Below the pieces are notes generated by a model. It saw only the letters and a list, made by a program, of their open reading frames with translations. It did not search any database and was not told where the DNA came from. The position numbers and the translations under genes were made by a program. A stretch of 63,080 nt of DNA, filler included, from Choristocarpus tenellus KU-1152 (Eukaryota > Protista > Phaeophyceae): NCBI GenBank assembly GCA_964200185.2. It is 10 parts of 10 records of this genome, joined end to end, with 100 filler letters (N's around TTAATTAATTAA, not from the genome) between each part and the next. Parts side by side here need not be neighbours in the genome. Positions count along the whole stretch, not along the records: positions 37,241 to 39,874 come from CAXNAD020026091.1; positions 39,975 to 49,291 come from CAXNAD020003788.1; positions 49,392 to 60,456 come from CAXNAD020002528.1; 7 more parts are not named here. One strand, 5' to 3'. Positions 39,803 through 52,400 of the stretch are shown here, piece after piece (the stretch's first letter is position 1; each line of letters starts with the position of its first letter).

Positions 39803-39874
39803 GAGTGAAACTATCTTAGAGGGTAGAGCCGCGTCCATTTGGGGATCAAAATACAATGTTGTGATTTCGATGTA
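39803..39874 (+). mobile_element. Partial Sola-like MITE cut by the contig end
   Basis: gagtgaaactatcttagagggtagagccgcgtccatttgggg. Confidence 0.85.
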
Positions 39875-40494
39875 NNNNNNNNNNNNNNNNNNNNNNNNNN
39901 NNNNNNNNNNNNNNNNNNTTAATTAATTAANNNNNNNNNNNNNNNNNNNNNNNNNNNNNNNNNNNNNNNNNNNNAAACCTTGAGGTACTTTTTAAAGGCC
40001 GTTTTTGCAAAACAACCATCCTCATAGTCGCGGGCCATCCTCCATTTTGAGGATCCCCTGTTAACTGTTACTTTTTGAGGGGTTGTCCTGTGTTTTCATT
40101 GGTTTTTCCCTGACACCTCTATAAAATGTGAGACGGCATAATAATAATATATTAGATATATATGATAGAATATAAAAATAAATATTCTCAATTCAAACTT
40201 AGGACTTCATCCATAAAAGCATGGGTGAGTTCGAAAGATTGAAAAACAGACTTGAAATTCTCAATAGAGGGGCAAACAACCTCGAACTGGTAACGAACAT
40301 TGGTTGCCGAGGGCACCTAGTGTAAACCAATGAAGTTGAATATCCCAAATGGACACTTATCTATCCTTGTGTGTGGCATTGGAATGAAGCAAGGCAAGTA
40401 CACCCAAATGACGCCTCTTTTGGGTAACATGATAACAAAAAGTCAGCAGATAGCACACTACTCTTGTGGAAAATAGAGCAGGTCTCACACTACT

Positions 40495-40721
40495 GAGTCA
40501 AAGTAAACGAGAGGTACCCAGAGTTTTTAAGGATGCTGAAATAGGTCCAAAATTAATATATTTTTTCTGATGTGTATTGGAAATTTCCTGAATTGTGTCG
40601 AAACCTTTCAAAGAGTAGAGAAATAACGTTCTCAAATCAAGGTTAACGCTTGCTTCATCCATAGAAATAGGGGCAAATTAATAAAGATTAAAAATCTGGA
40701 TACCTCTTGTATACTTGGCTC
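40495..40721. mobile_element. Second MITE family with GAG...CTC termini
   Basis: Imperfect ~33-bp TIRs gagtcaaagtaaacgagaggtacccagagttttta / taaaaatctggatacctcttgtatacttggctc. The interior is unrelated to family 1. Flanks tact/acta give no clean 4-bp TSD. Confidence 0.75.
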
Positions 40722-42611
40722 ACTAATGTGTACTATATTAATAGTTCCTTCATCATTTTATCAGTTATTCGATCAGGTTCTCCTTAATTCCTCTGCTCAT
40801 CAATCTCGTTTGAAGGCGTCCACAACTAATTCCGTGTCTAAAAAATAAACAAAACACTTTTTCTGTGCCTCATTTTAGACCTCTTATCTAATAGGTACAT
40901 TTAGTAAAACATTGCAATGAACAATGACTATAACATCTAGTACTGTTGGTGGTATAATACTAATTACTTCGACATACAATAAAAATACCTCCTTTGAATA
41001 CTTCCCCTGCTCCTCGCCCTGTTGTGTTGTAAGGGTAAGCTAGGTTGGAGGCATAGGAGGGGAGTGGTGTAGCATAGCTGGTAGTCAAATAGTAAATAGA
41101 TTATAGAAAGATATCTATCACATTTACAACTGTTGCCTTACAGTGGTTCTTATGATATTGAATTGACTTTTCATTGACTTTTCCCCTGACACATCTGCAA
41201 AGTATCAGGAGGTATAATAATATTTTTAAATGCCTCCTGCGCACCAACCCACCCACCCACCCACCTTTGAAAAGTCGTTGAGGGTCCTCACAGTACCGCG
41301 TCAAAAATGCATGTAAATACTAAAACCGTTGTCAATCCATCAATCCTGTCCCAAAAAGGGTGACCTGATTTAATTCCTTTCTTCATTCTGTTCCCGAAAT
41401 ATAGCAATACTCTACTATAATACTAGTAGTTACCACTAGACGCAACCCTGTGGACATTTATCTGTATCTACAAAAAAGTAACTATCATCGTAAGCCCCGA
41501 CCTCTTCCCCCTTCTGACTGTAGTAATAGTGTCCAAGATTTTTTTCGCAATCTATGTCCATCTTTCTTTTTTCTCCATTGTTCATCGTTCTTCCTTAGAG
41601 AGATCTCGCGATTATGTGGATTTCATTAATATTGATCAGATTCTCATCAAAAATGGATGGTGTTGAAGGGGTTTCAACCATGAAATCCATTCAGGAAACA
41701 CAAAATGGGTGTTTGTATAATTTATTATCCTACAAAACAAATTTCAAATCTCGTTTCTTCGTAAATTGTTGGTCAGAGATCGCTTCCAATAAAAAACTCA
41801 AACACTGTTTCATCCACCCTAAAAAGCTACATTGGATCTAATGTGTATGTAGATTGTAGATAACAAGGTTCTTTCCTCCAATAAAGAAAGATATTTGTAT
41901 CTAATGCCAAACCTTGATCTATCTGGACATGAACTGGTATTTATCCATCGTCATCAGTCATCATGTTAATGCACAGCGCCACCTATTATCCCTTATACAC
42001 ATCGTAGTATTAATACCATAATTTCATAGGCAACTGCCTCTGCAGTCCATTATTAGTAAGATATAATAGAATATATTCGAACTAACAAAACTCTACACCT
42101 ATCTCAATCTCACAAGTCACTACTCCACTACTAGTAGTTTCATGTAGCGAAGCCTTTTTAGTGATGCGATCATCCCGGTTCTAAGAACTATAACTGGACG
42201 AAGAAGGTAGAACTTCATAGAGTGGAAAGGCGGTATATCTCATCCAAATTCCCAATCCTAACAACAAAGAATAAAATACATCGAATATATATATAGCCGA
42301 ATGTATAGCGAAAGGCTTCGAACCCCCTCTTGAAAGTTTAACCTGTAAGATCTGAATTCCTGGGATTGAAGAAGGTATTTAAATGGTTTCTCAGATTATT
42401 TTGTTATTAGCCTTTCAGGGTTCTGGAACACCCTCGCTGCAATCTACAATGAACAAAGTAGAGTATTCGTCGTGTCTTCGCAGTCTCGTCTGTCCAGTCG
42501 ATGTTAGCAGCGAACATTCTCCGTAGATAGGCCTGGCAAGGACTTTGAAAGTTTGTGAAGTGTGTAGTAGGGAGGGGTTCGTCATTAAGGACGTAAGAGA
42601 GGTGCAAGAAT

Positions 42612-45600
42612 ATGGGAACTATGGTATCAACTCTCGTTTTCCAGCCACCGCCTACAACGTTCCTTCACAACAAGAAGCACTTCTGGCTTCAAACACGTAA
42701 TCAGAATCGGATACCAGTGTTCCACGTGGAGAGGAGGTGAGAATGTCTGAGTTGTATGCGTTCCTCTGTCTTATCGGCTCGAACTGATTCCCAAATGATC
42801 AACGAGCAATTTACTCTGTCTGTGGAGTCAAGTCTGTTGGTCTCGTCAACAGAACGGAACAGGTTGATTTTTGTTCTCGGAGTAGTGGAAAAGACGAAGT
42901 ATGCGAAGTTTGATAGCTGAAGCAATCTGAGAATTAGAACATTTGGACTTCTTGTTGGATTCTGGTATCTCGCCAGTTCTTGCTGACTGAGAACTCACCT
43001 CCCCCCATCCTAAAGTCATTTGACTTTCGTTTGTCTCATACCTAAAGCCCTTCGACTATCATTTATCTCTTGCATATGCTCGCCCTATTGACCAGCTCTC
43101 AGTTCACAGTACTGTTCAGTCACGGCAATGCTGAAGGTATGTCAGGCTGAACTTGGCAGCACACCTTGGGGGTTGGGGCAAGTGGGGCAAGTATTCCACA
43201 CAACTTAGGAGATTGGTAAGGTGAAACAAATCGAAAATGAGCTGTGGGCATTGTGCCACTGTTAAATGGGGCTGCCTCAATTCAAATCTTGGGGTCTTCA
43301 TTAATGGAAAAGCACTATCCAGAATCTTGAGTTATAGTTGTGTGGAATTTATGTTTTTTCGTTTTCTAGCTGATCGACACAACGGTAGTGAGCAGACCCC
43401 GGAGAAAAATAACCAACATTAGGTCCTTGGTACCCTCACCTAACCCGTGTTTTGAGCAGACCTTGGGCTGATCTATGAGTGGTTCTACGACTTCAGTCGC
43501 CAGCTCAATGTGAGTGCTGTTGTTTTTCCAACTGTCCTTCAGCAACCTGCAACTCCGTTGAATGTTGGCATGTTTTCAATGCAGAGCTGAGAGCATGTGT
43601 TGCCACCCAATACCATGTTTGTCAAGTCTTTCTGCAAGCAATGGTCCTTTACCACACTGTGGAACCTGGGTCGTTCACTTGGATCCCTTTCTGTTCCACA
43701 TCATAGGAACAAGCAAGGTGCAACAGCAACAACAGATATACAGACAACACTATTTCAGGGCCACAGTAAAATGATCCTGACAGTAATGAAACTGATGTGC
43801 ATAGGCTTGTACCATTAAAGCCTCATGTCAAAGGGTGATTTGGACTTCACGGGAAAGATAGCAACATCAGATTGCCCCTCAGAAGAATTTTGTTGCCCTT
43901 TGGAAAAACCTCAAGTAATTTCTGGCTGAAATTGCATCCACAATTGCGTCTATACTGTACCGCATGATGTTTTGATGAAACTGGGGGTAATTTTTTTTCC
44001 TTCATAAACAAGGTGAATGTGCTTGCGTATGAGTATGCAGGCTATGGCAAGAGCGAGGGCACCCAGTCAGAGGACAACTGCTATGCAGACATCAGGGCAG
44101 CGTATGATTACTTAACCGTGCAGAAGGGCATTCTGCCCAGGCAAATCATACTGTGAGTGCCAATTGTTTCAAAGTGGTGGAATACCTAAAGACACTTTTG
44201 GTACGGACTTACAGCCTCAGATATAGTGAGATAATGTCACAGCTGCAAGAAAATGATCTCCCAACTCTCTTATCATTCTCGATGTTTCAATAATCCTAAC
44301 AAATACAAGCAACTACAAAGCACAAAGCAAGTATACACTCTTGCCCACTGCGACTCGAGATTTTGGCAGCAGATGAACCCTGTAACTGCGTCGCCTATCT
44401 CCACCATCCACCCCCTTATTTTACGGTTGTTGACCTCGTGGCAGTGTGAAAGTGTTTCATGGTATCCCTCACATCTAAACCACCATACTTTTGTGTCTAT
44501 TTCTTGTCCGTTCATCCCTCCCTCACTCAACTTTCGGCCTTGACATGTATACCCCTAACGCAGTTACGGGCGCTCGCTGGGCAGTGGACCAACTTGCCAC
44601 CTGGCAGAGGAGTTGTCATCCCAGAAAGTAGCATTAGGTGGGGTAATACTGCAAAGCCCGCTGGCATCTGCATTCCGTGTGGCATTCAACTTCCGGTTTA
44701 CCATGCCAGGAGACCTGTTCCCCAACATCGACCGCATGGCCAACATCCAATGTCCAGTGTTCATCATACATGGAACAAGGCAAGATTGGGAGTTGGCCGG
44801 CCTGGGTAGGAGAGGGAGTTTTCATCACCTGTGCGTGTGGGCGATTTTTTTTATCTGTGCTGCCCCTGCCCCATGCATGTTGATCGACTCTTTTGGGGGT
44901 TTTGGTTATTTCGGGATGTGCGACCTTGTGTAGAAGTGGGGGTGAGGGCGTGCTCTTATCCTCCTTGTGGGTATTAGGTATTTTTCTGTCATGTTTGGGA
45001 CATCAACATTATTGGACATTTGTAAACTTCATCCAGTCCGTTGCTCTTTCCTCCATGTCTTACGGACAGAGTTCATTGACTGAATGTTGTAGAAACTCAG
45101 TGCTACTGTTATTCTCCTCACCTTTCCTTTCACTCCAGGGAAGTGATTTTTTCATCACACAAAGGGTCAATATGTATATATATATATATATACATGCTCA
45201 GGGCAGCTTTTGCATTGAATGTAGATATCTAACCCATGACAAATGTTCTACCTTCAGAGCAGCATCTCATGTGACTGCTACATTTCAGGGATCACATTGA
45301 TACATTTGCCTCTTGCACACGGGCGATGCCATCAAATACTGGGTTAGGTTCACATGAGGTGGGGAAGAGGGAGGGGGGAAGGTCAGAATCTGACATGCAT
45401 GTTGAAGTGATAACCCATCACGCCTGTTTATTTTCTTACCTTGATCCTTGGTGTTAGCCCACACACCACATACTGTAAGATCACACAAGAACCCACACAC
45501 CTGTAGTTGTGAGGGTGGCGTACACAGTGCTGTGTACTGTACATGCGTGCTACGGAGGTACTCTTGATTGTACATCAAAGTTTCAAGTTACTCCTCCAAA

Positions 45601-46204
45601 AAGGGCACATCTTTTTCTGATACTGCCCCTGCCTCACTCTTGTACCAACATACCTAGGACCAAAGGCAGTACTACTTGAAAATGATCTCTTCGACCTTCA
45701 TATAGGATCTCTTGTTGCAATTCACTCTCCTTTCATTTCTGGGATGGTTAAGATCATTTCTGCTGTATTTGGTGCCACGGTGGTAGCAAAGAACTGCCCC
45801 CCCTCACCCCTTACATCCCCCAATCCGCTCATGTTCTGCCTTCAGAGATGAGGTAGTTCCCTTTTGGCATGGGCAGGAACTCTTTTTTGCCACTCCAACC
45901 AAGTGGAGGGCGAAGCCATTCTGGGTCGATGGTGCAGGACACAACAACATCGAGGTTTTGCTGAGGTACACGCGCTGATATCCTTCTTTTGATGTTTTGC
46001 TCATATTGTTTCAAGGTGTACCCCCCCTCCCCCTCCCTCTTCTCGTGATTGCCATCCCCAAGAACTTTAAATGGAACTAACTGTGAGCAATGGACTCATG
46101 CCCTGCCTATTTTGTCATTTGTGTACAGGGAAGATGGGACTTTATTTGATCGGATGACAGACTTTCTTAACGAGTGGTGCCGGAATGACTTCAGGGGCGA
46201 CTGA
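42612..46204 (+). CDS. ABHD17: ABHD17-family alpha/beta hydrolase (depalmitoylase-like), complete, 7 exons
   Basis: MGTMVSTLVFQPP; LFSHGNAE|DLG; VNVLAYEYAGYGKSEG; LYGRSLGSGPT (nucleophile Ser); IHGTRDEVVPFWHG (Asp); GAGHNNIE (His); stop 46202-46204. Exons at about 42612-42735, 43095-43136, 43459-43508, 44013-44152, 44564-44779, 45846-45965, 46129-46204. Confidence 0.95.
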
Positions 46205-48452
46205 CACAACCACATATATCATTTGAGGCATACTGATTTTTGTGACCTGCATATACACGGCTGCCTGGTTCTGAGTATTTCCATCAGCCCTTTGGTGCCT
46301 GATGCCCCCACCATCTCCCTACTTTCTCCGTGATTTTGGCGACCTTATTCATTTGCAGGGTGGTGTCTGTAATCTCAGGATATTTTAATGGTGCATGACT
46401 TTAGCGTTTACCCAATTCCCGGGGCTGTGTCTCTTGGTATGGAGTGGTACACTAGGAGGCTGGGTGGGAAAAGGGCACAGATATATTACCTAATCACATA
46501 TTTGCTCTTTGACTTCCTGGGTAGGGGGGGGGGGGGGGGGGAGGAATAGCATTTGACACGAGAGTCGGATATATTATGTGCAATTTTTTGGTTTGTCGGG
46601 TCTGATGAAGTTATCATCTGGCGAGCCTGTATGCCCACATCCACCACGAGTAGTGTTGTGGTCATTTGCAATAGCTTTAGATGCCAAGGTTGTGGGGGGA
46701 CGATTGGAACAACTCACTAAGGGAAATATATACATATATATATATATATATTCTCTTGTTCGGTGCGTGTTAGTTTATTGATGGCCTGTTGTTGTAACAT
46801 GCTTCAAATTATATTGTGGTCATGAGTAATCTAGTCGGTCCATGACTCCAGGGGATGCATTGGTGACTCTGCTGTCAGGAATGTAACCTGGTTGTGAGAG
46901 GTCAAAGCATGTGGATATATTTTGTATTGGTATTGGTTTAGAAAGAGTTTGCGTGTCTGTGCTGCATGTCCTCTTTTGTGTTTAGTTGCACCTGGAAGCA
47001 CCACAGCCGCAGCTCATGTAATTAATCATTGCGAATCCATGGGTCCGATTTCCAATTAAGTAATTTCTAGTGCGCTTACGTGAACAGCCTTCCCAACTGA
47101 TTTGGTTGAACAGAACTGTGTTCTAGTGATGGGGGAACCTCTTTCCAAAGAATATGTCAACAGCAACATGGTAACCAATCATTGCAGTCTACCTCCTTTC
47201 TTTCCGCCAACAGCAAGCTCACCATGGTCGTGCTTTCTGAGTCTTCCTGTATCACGTGCATCAATAGGCATTTTCGTTAGTGCACATACTGTCCAACTTG
47301 AGTTTAAGATCCTCTTGCTTTGTGATTGTGTCTAAACTATGTAAGTACTTCAACTGCTGCTACATCTACAGCTTCAAAAAGATAATGAATCATGCACCTG
47401 AGCGATTTCTATATGCTTGTCCTATTTTCTGACAAAACTGCCTAGGCTCGTAAGTGCAACAACCTCTTGGGAACATTTCCTTCATTTTACTCTGCGTTGA
47501 GATGGAAATAATGCACAAGACCAGATGGCATGTGGGACAACTGAAGTGCGCCTCAAGAACTGCGAAGGCATTTGGCTAAGACAGCCCAGTGGGGTACAAG
47601 TACCAAAGGAACACTCCGATATTTTACCCACCAGTACCACTGCTACTGATAGTACAAAGTGGCAAAGGAGTCTCTTCCATGGTTCCAATGGAAGGTGACT
47701 CCCCACCCCAGCTTCTTGCCAAAATGTTAGAGGGAGTTGTATTGTAGTAGCACACATCCTACAGTTGCATTGAGTACTTGGTATGCTGGTGGAGTACACT
47801 AAGTCCACACCATGGTAGAGGTGAACTGTATGTCGAAATTGCAGGTTGAAGGGTTAGTGATGATCAACAACTACAGCAGACTATGTGTAGAGGGTGCCGT
47901 GCATACCAATTGTTGATGATAATAGGTACCGGGACACTTGTAGTAGAGCTGCAGACACTAATTTGAAGTAGTCAACCAATTATGTGACAATAATCCACTA
48001 GTGGCATTAAACGATAGATAAGTGATTCACAGAGTTATATTGTCCTCTCATCAGTATTATCCTATTGATTTATGGTTACCTCTATTGAAGGTATCCTTTG
48101 GGTACACTACTGTACATAGATATTATTATGTCAGCATTCTCTCTCCCTGTTAATTGTTTGGGGCCCAAGACGGCTGCTGTCAAAGCAGGAGATCCTCAAT
48201 TCTGCCTCCCTCTGACTTCCGATCTTAAAATATCATTGTGAGGAGTTACGACTAAGTGTACTCTGTCTGGTGAACCCATCACTAGTCAACTACAGCAATA
48301 AGAACAACCGAGACAAGGCATCATCACTTTGAACTTACCTCAAGCTGGCCATCATGATGGGTTGACAGAGCCTTTCCAGTTGACTGATGACATTCTGAAT
48401 CATCACGGCAACAACCCACTGAAGAAAGTGCACATCATCTCGGGTACCTGCT

Positions 48453-48702
48453 GAGTCAAAGTATCTTAGAGGGTAGAGCCTGTCCATTTGGAGTCAAAAT
48501 CCAATTTTTTGAAATAATTTCAGCTATCGTGTTTGTTAGGAAGTGTCAATATCCTTGTTCGGACACACCTTTTCATAACTTACACATTTTCCCTACTCCG
48601 AAACATTTTAGAGCGGGTAAAATGTCATATAAAACCTCCGGGAAGCCAAGCCCCGAACGGACAAACAGGGTGAAACTCGTGCCCTCTAAGATACTTTCAC
48701 TC
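48453..48702 (+). mobile_element. MITE, Sola-like, TSD TGCT
   Basis: Full TIRs; tgct on both sides. Confidence 0.92.
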
Positions 48703-49456
48703 TGCTTATCCATCTGTCCTTGACAGACACCACCCCCTTACCAAGAAAATACTTGGCCATGGGGGAAGCGATATAAGGAACCAACATAGAGAGAGGTCCA
48801 TTTTATATGAGTTTCCCATCGAAAAACAACAATAAAAGCAATTCGGGAGGGGGGGCGTATGTACTTCAATTTGTAGTGAGTACCTCTACCAAACTAGGGT
48901 TGTATGCTTGGCAAAAAACATGCTTACGGTACCTACAATACAATTGGTTGAATATGCACAACACTCTACAATATGGTAGAGTGAAGGGAAATGCCTCTGA
49001 ACAGATGTATCATTTTTGTATTGACAGTGGGCAAAAGCCACAAGCCAACTCCAATAGAATTGTTTCATCCTTTTGTTTGTAACACTATAGTTCGAGAGAA
49101 TTTATCTGTATTTGGAGTCTGTGTGCATTTGGTTGCCTTGCTGAATGGCTGTAACACTATCAATATTTCTGGACAGTACTGCTACATATATCACGATGTT
49201 GGAGTCAGCAAAAGTGAAAAGGTTCGACCAATCAGATTTGTCGTTCATGTCATGCATCACAAGTGCTGCTGGGCTCAAAGTATCTGGGGGGNNNNNNNNN
49301 NNNNNNNNNNNNNNNNNNNNNNNNNNNNNNNNNNNTTAATTAATTAANNNNNNNNNNNNNNNNNNNNNNNNNNNNNNNNNNNNNNNNNNNNCTCTTTGGT
49401 ATATTGATTCCCCCCCCCCCCCATCCTCCCCCACGTGCATGTTCTTCGTGTTACAG

Positions 49457-52400
49457 GGCAGATTCTTTTATGAATTTGTTCAGGTGCTGGCCTCCAATCA
49501 GCGCGCAACATTTGCAAGTTCGATGGCGTCTGCTTGGCTATCCCTTCGACTGCAGGTGCAAATGTTGACATGCAATTCATGGGCATGTGATCACGTGTGC
49601 TATGTGCCAGACCTGTCAAATAGCCCTCCCTCTACAGCAGATACGAGATAATATGTATCGTAGCATCCTGCACTACAATGTTCTGGATGCATTTGCAGGT
49701 GTCCTTGACCTATTAATCTTGCAGGACTGCTATTCAGCACCCAGTCGCCGATCAAAACCTTCGAAGTGATAAGGAATCGGAATTGATATGTTAGTAGAGT
49801 GGGAATAGCCGCATATGAGGGGGGGGGAGGGGAAAGCCTGGGTGAATGAGTTCAACCCAACCCACTGGAAGGTAGACAATGTGACAGTTTGAGTTTTACG
49901 TTGTTCTCAGTAGGTTGGTCAGTACTTGTACCTTCCTGCTCTACAGCAGGAGAGGTCAGACTACACCCTCTTGATTGTTTCCTTCTCCCCCCCCCCGCCT
50001 CCACAACCCCTTGGTAGTTAGTGCTTCGAAATTTAATTCTCAATGTACTGGGAGAGGTAAGAAGTAATCAATCGAGCAAAAAGGCCGAGAAGATTTTTTC
50101 GCGAAGGCGTTTTAGTTTGATTTCCTTATGGATGCCTGTGACAAAGTGTGCCTTATCTAGGACTTCTTGGAAATATTGAGTGTGGGAAAGTGTGCATGTG
50201 AAGCTGAGTCACTTGCCCCTTTGTTTGCCCATGTTGTATCCCTTGATTCTTCTGCTCTGGACCCCTTCTAACAACACCCTGATCCCTTCTTTTCGCCCCT
50301 GCGTTGATCCTTCTACTACAGTATGCCCTGTGCCTTTCGTGCAGTCCTTTACCCTTCAATTAGCAATAGGACCTACCCATACCTTCACATGTAGAAACAT
50401 ATGGGAGACAAAGTATCGTAGAGGGTAGAGCCGTGTCCTTTTGGGGGCCAAAATCTGATGTTGCGATTTTGATGTAATTTTGGCTATCGTGTTTGGTAGG
50501 AAGTGTCAATATCGTTGTTCCAGACACACCTTCTCATAACATACATACTTTATCTAATCCTGAAGATTTTGGAGTAGGAAAATGTCATAAAAGAACCCAT
50601 GGGAAGCCAAGCCCCAAATGGACAAACAGGGCAAAACTCGTACCCTCTTAAGGTACTTTCACTCATGGCACAAGCACTTAGTTTGCTTTTTAGTATGTAG
50701 TGAGTGTATATAGAATCTGATGCAACTGGGTCCTTGATCTCCATCTTCTGCAATATCCTCATTTCCCACCATAAATTGTCTCACCACCAGGGCCTAGGTG
50801 TGATCGTGATAGTTTCCGTGTCATTTCTGGCAGTGGTCGAGAGCCAGTTCAACTATGGGGTGGGTGTATCTGGGACTGGCTTGGTGGGACTCAGTCTTTC
50901 CTATGCCCTTCCCATTGTTGGTGAGTTGGTTCATCGATTGTTCTGTAATCTTAACACAGACAGACCTTGAAACTGGACCTAGGTTGTGTAGTGTGTACCA
51001 ACTGAAAAGTCATCTCAAGATTAAGACTATTAGTTGGGGCGATGGGGGGGAGTTGGTAGATAAGTGCGTCCTGTTGTCTTATGTAAATATTTAATCATTT
51101 TATTTATGAAATTGTTATCATGAATCCGGAAAGTACAGCTCGAAGCTTCTTCTTTGACAACACTTTGCGCACTGTGTACACGCTCTTGCTTGACAAGACA
51201 AGACATCAAGGCGTCTAGTACTGTTAATATCAAATTTCAGTTATTGTGATGTGATACTATAGTGTGCCTGACTGTAAGACTAGACGGAGCAGGAGGTTGC
51301 TTCTGAAGTTGGTCATACTGAGCTGTTTACATCTCATCCGTACACATCACAAAACAGCAACAGATTCTTCTGTTTTGTTCCACCTTTGTATACACCAGGT
51401 AGCCTGACAGGTCTGACGGGCTCGCTTGCTGAGACAGAAAGGGAGATGATATCTGTAGAGCGCATGGATGAGTATTGCACAGGCGGGCCAAACAACGAAG
51501 ACAGGGATGTTCCGTCAGAGTCCTGGTGAGATTTCGACACAGCCCCCATGAATGAACCTAACAATCTCACTCTGAATTGATCGGGATGAGGCTGTCGCGG
51601 AGTCTAAGTGAGTGTTAAAATACCACTTTGAAATTTTTGGTCTCACCGACAGCAAGGAAGGCCAATGGTCCTATAATCATACTGTTTGGAGTCACTGCTC
51701 CTCGAGAACCTTAGTCACTCTCTTGCTAATTGCTATGACTTGAGACCTTCACAACACTGCTGCAAATCAAGCATGATTTTTAAGTGTGGATATAAGACAG
51801 GAAAGAGGAGGAGGCAGTATCTGCAGGTGAATATTGTGTGTGAATGTATGTACGGTTTATTGCTGTGCATTGTTGGAACAGGTTCACATGGCTTGCCAAC
51901 TCTTGGGTGGTGGACATGGAGTTCTCAGGCAGTGTGGAATGGTATTGAATCTTGTCAAAAGATAGTTGTGGAAAAAAACAAAACATGTGACCCCTCCCTG
52001 CCCCCCCAGTCTCCCCCTGAGTACGAATGTGACTGCCCCTGCCATATCTTCTGGAGGACACGACCATTTGAAGACCCCGTGGCCAAGCAAAGGGCATCTG
52101 GAGTTCAGAAATGTTGTGCTTCGATATCGTCCGGAGTTGGCACCTTCCCTCAGGGATGTAAGCTTCATCGTCAGGGGGGGAGAGAAGGTCCGTGGGGTCT
52201 GAATGTTTCTGTACAATGGTGTTGCGGCATTTGCTTGAACAATGCCTCAATTTGATTTTATCTTTTGAGCTGGGAATTGTGTTCTCTCGCTCACATCACT
52301 TCCTGTGTACGATTTTTTGTAGTGATGAAAATATCGTGCTTGTGCTGGTGAATATTGTGTGTTTGTAAGTACCATAGAGGTACATTCTAGGCATGCCTAA

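Noticed and set aside
42300-42370. ttcgaaccccc as a tRNA T-arm
   Set aside because: No acceptor, D or anticodon arm can be built.
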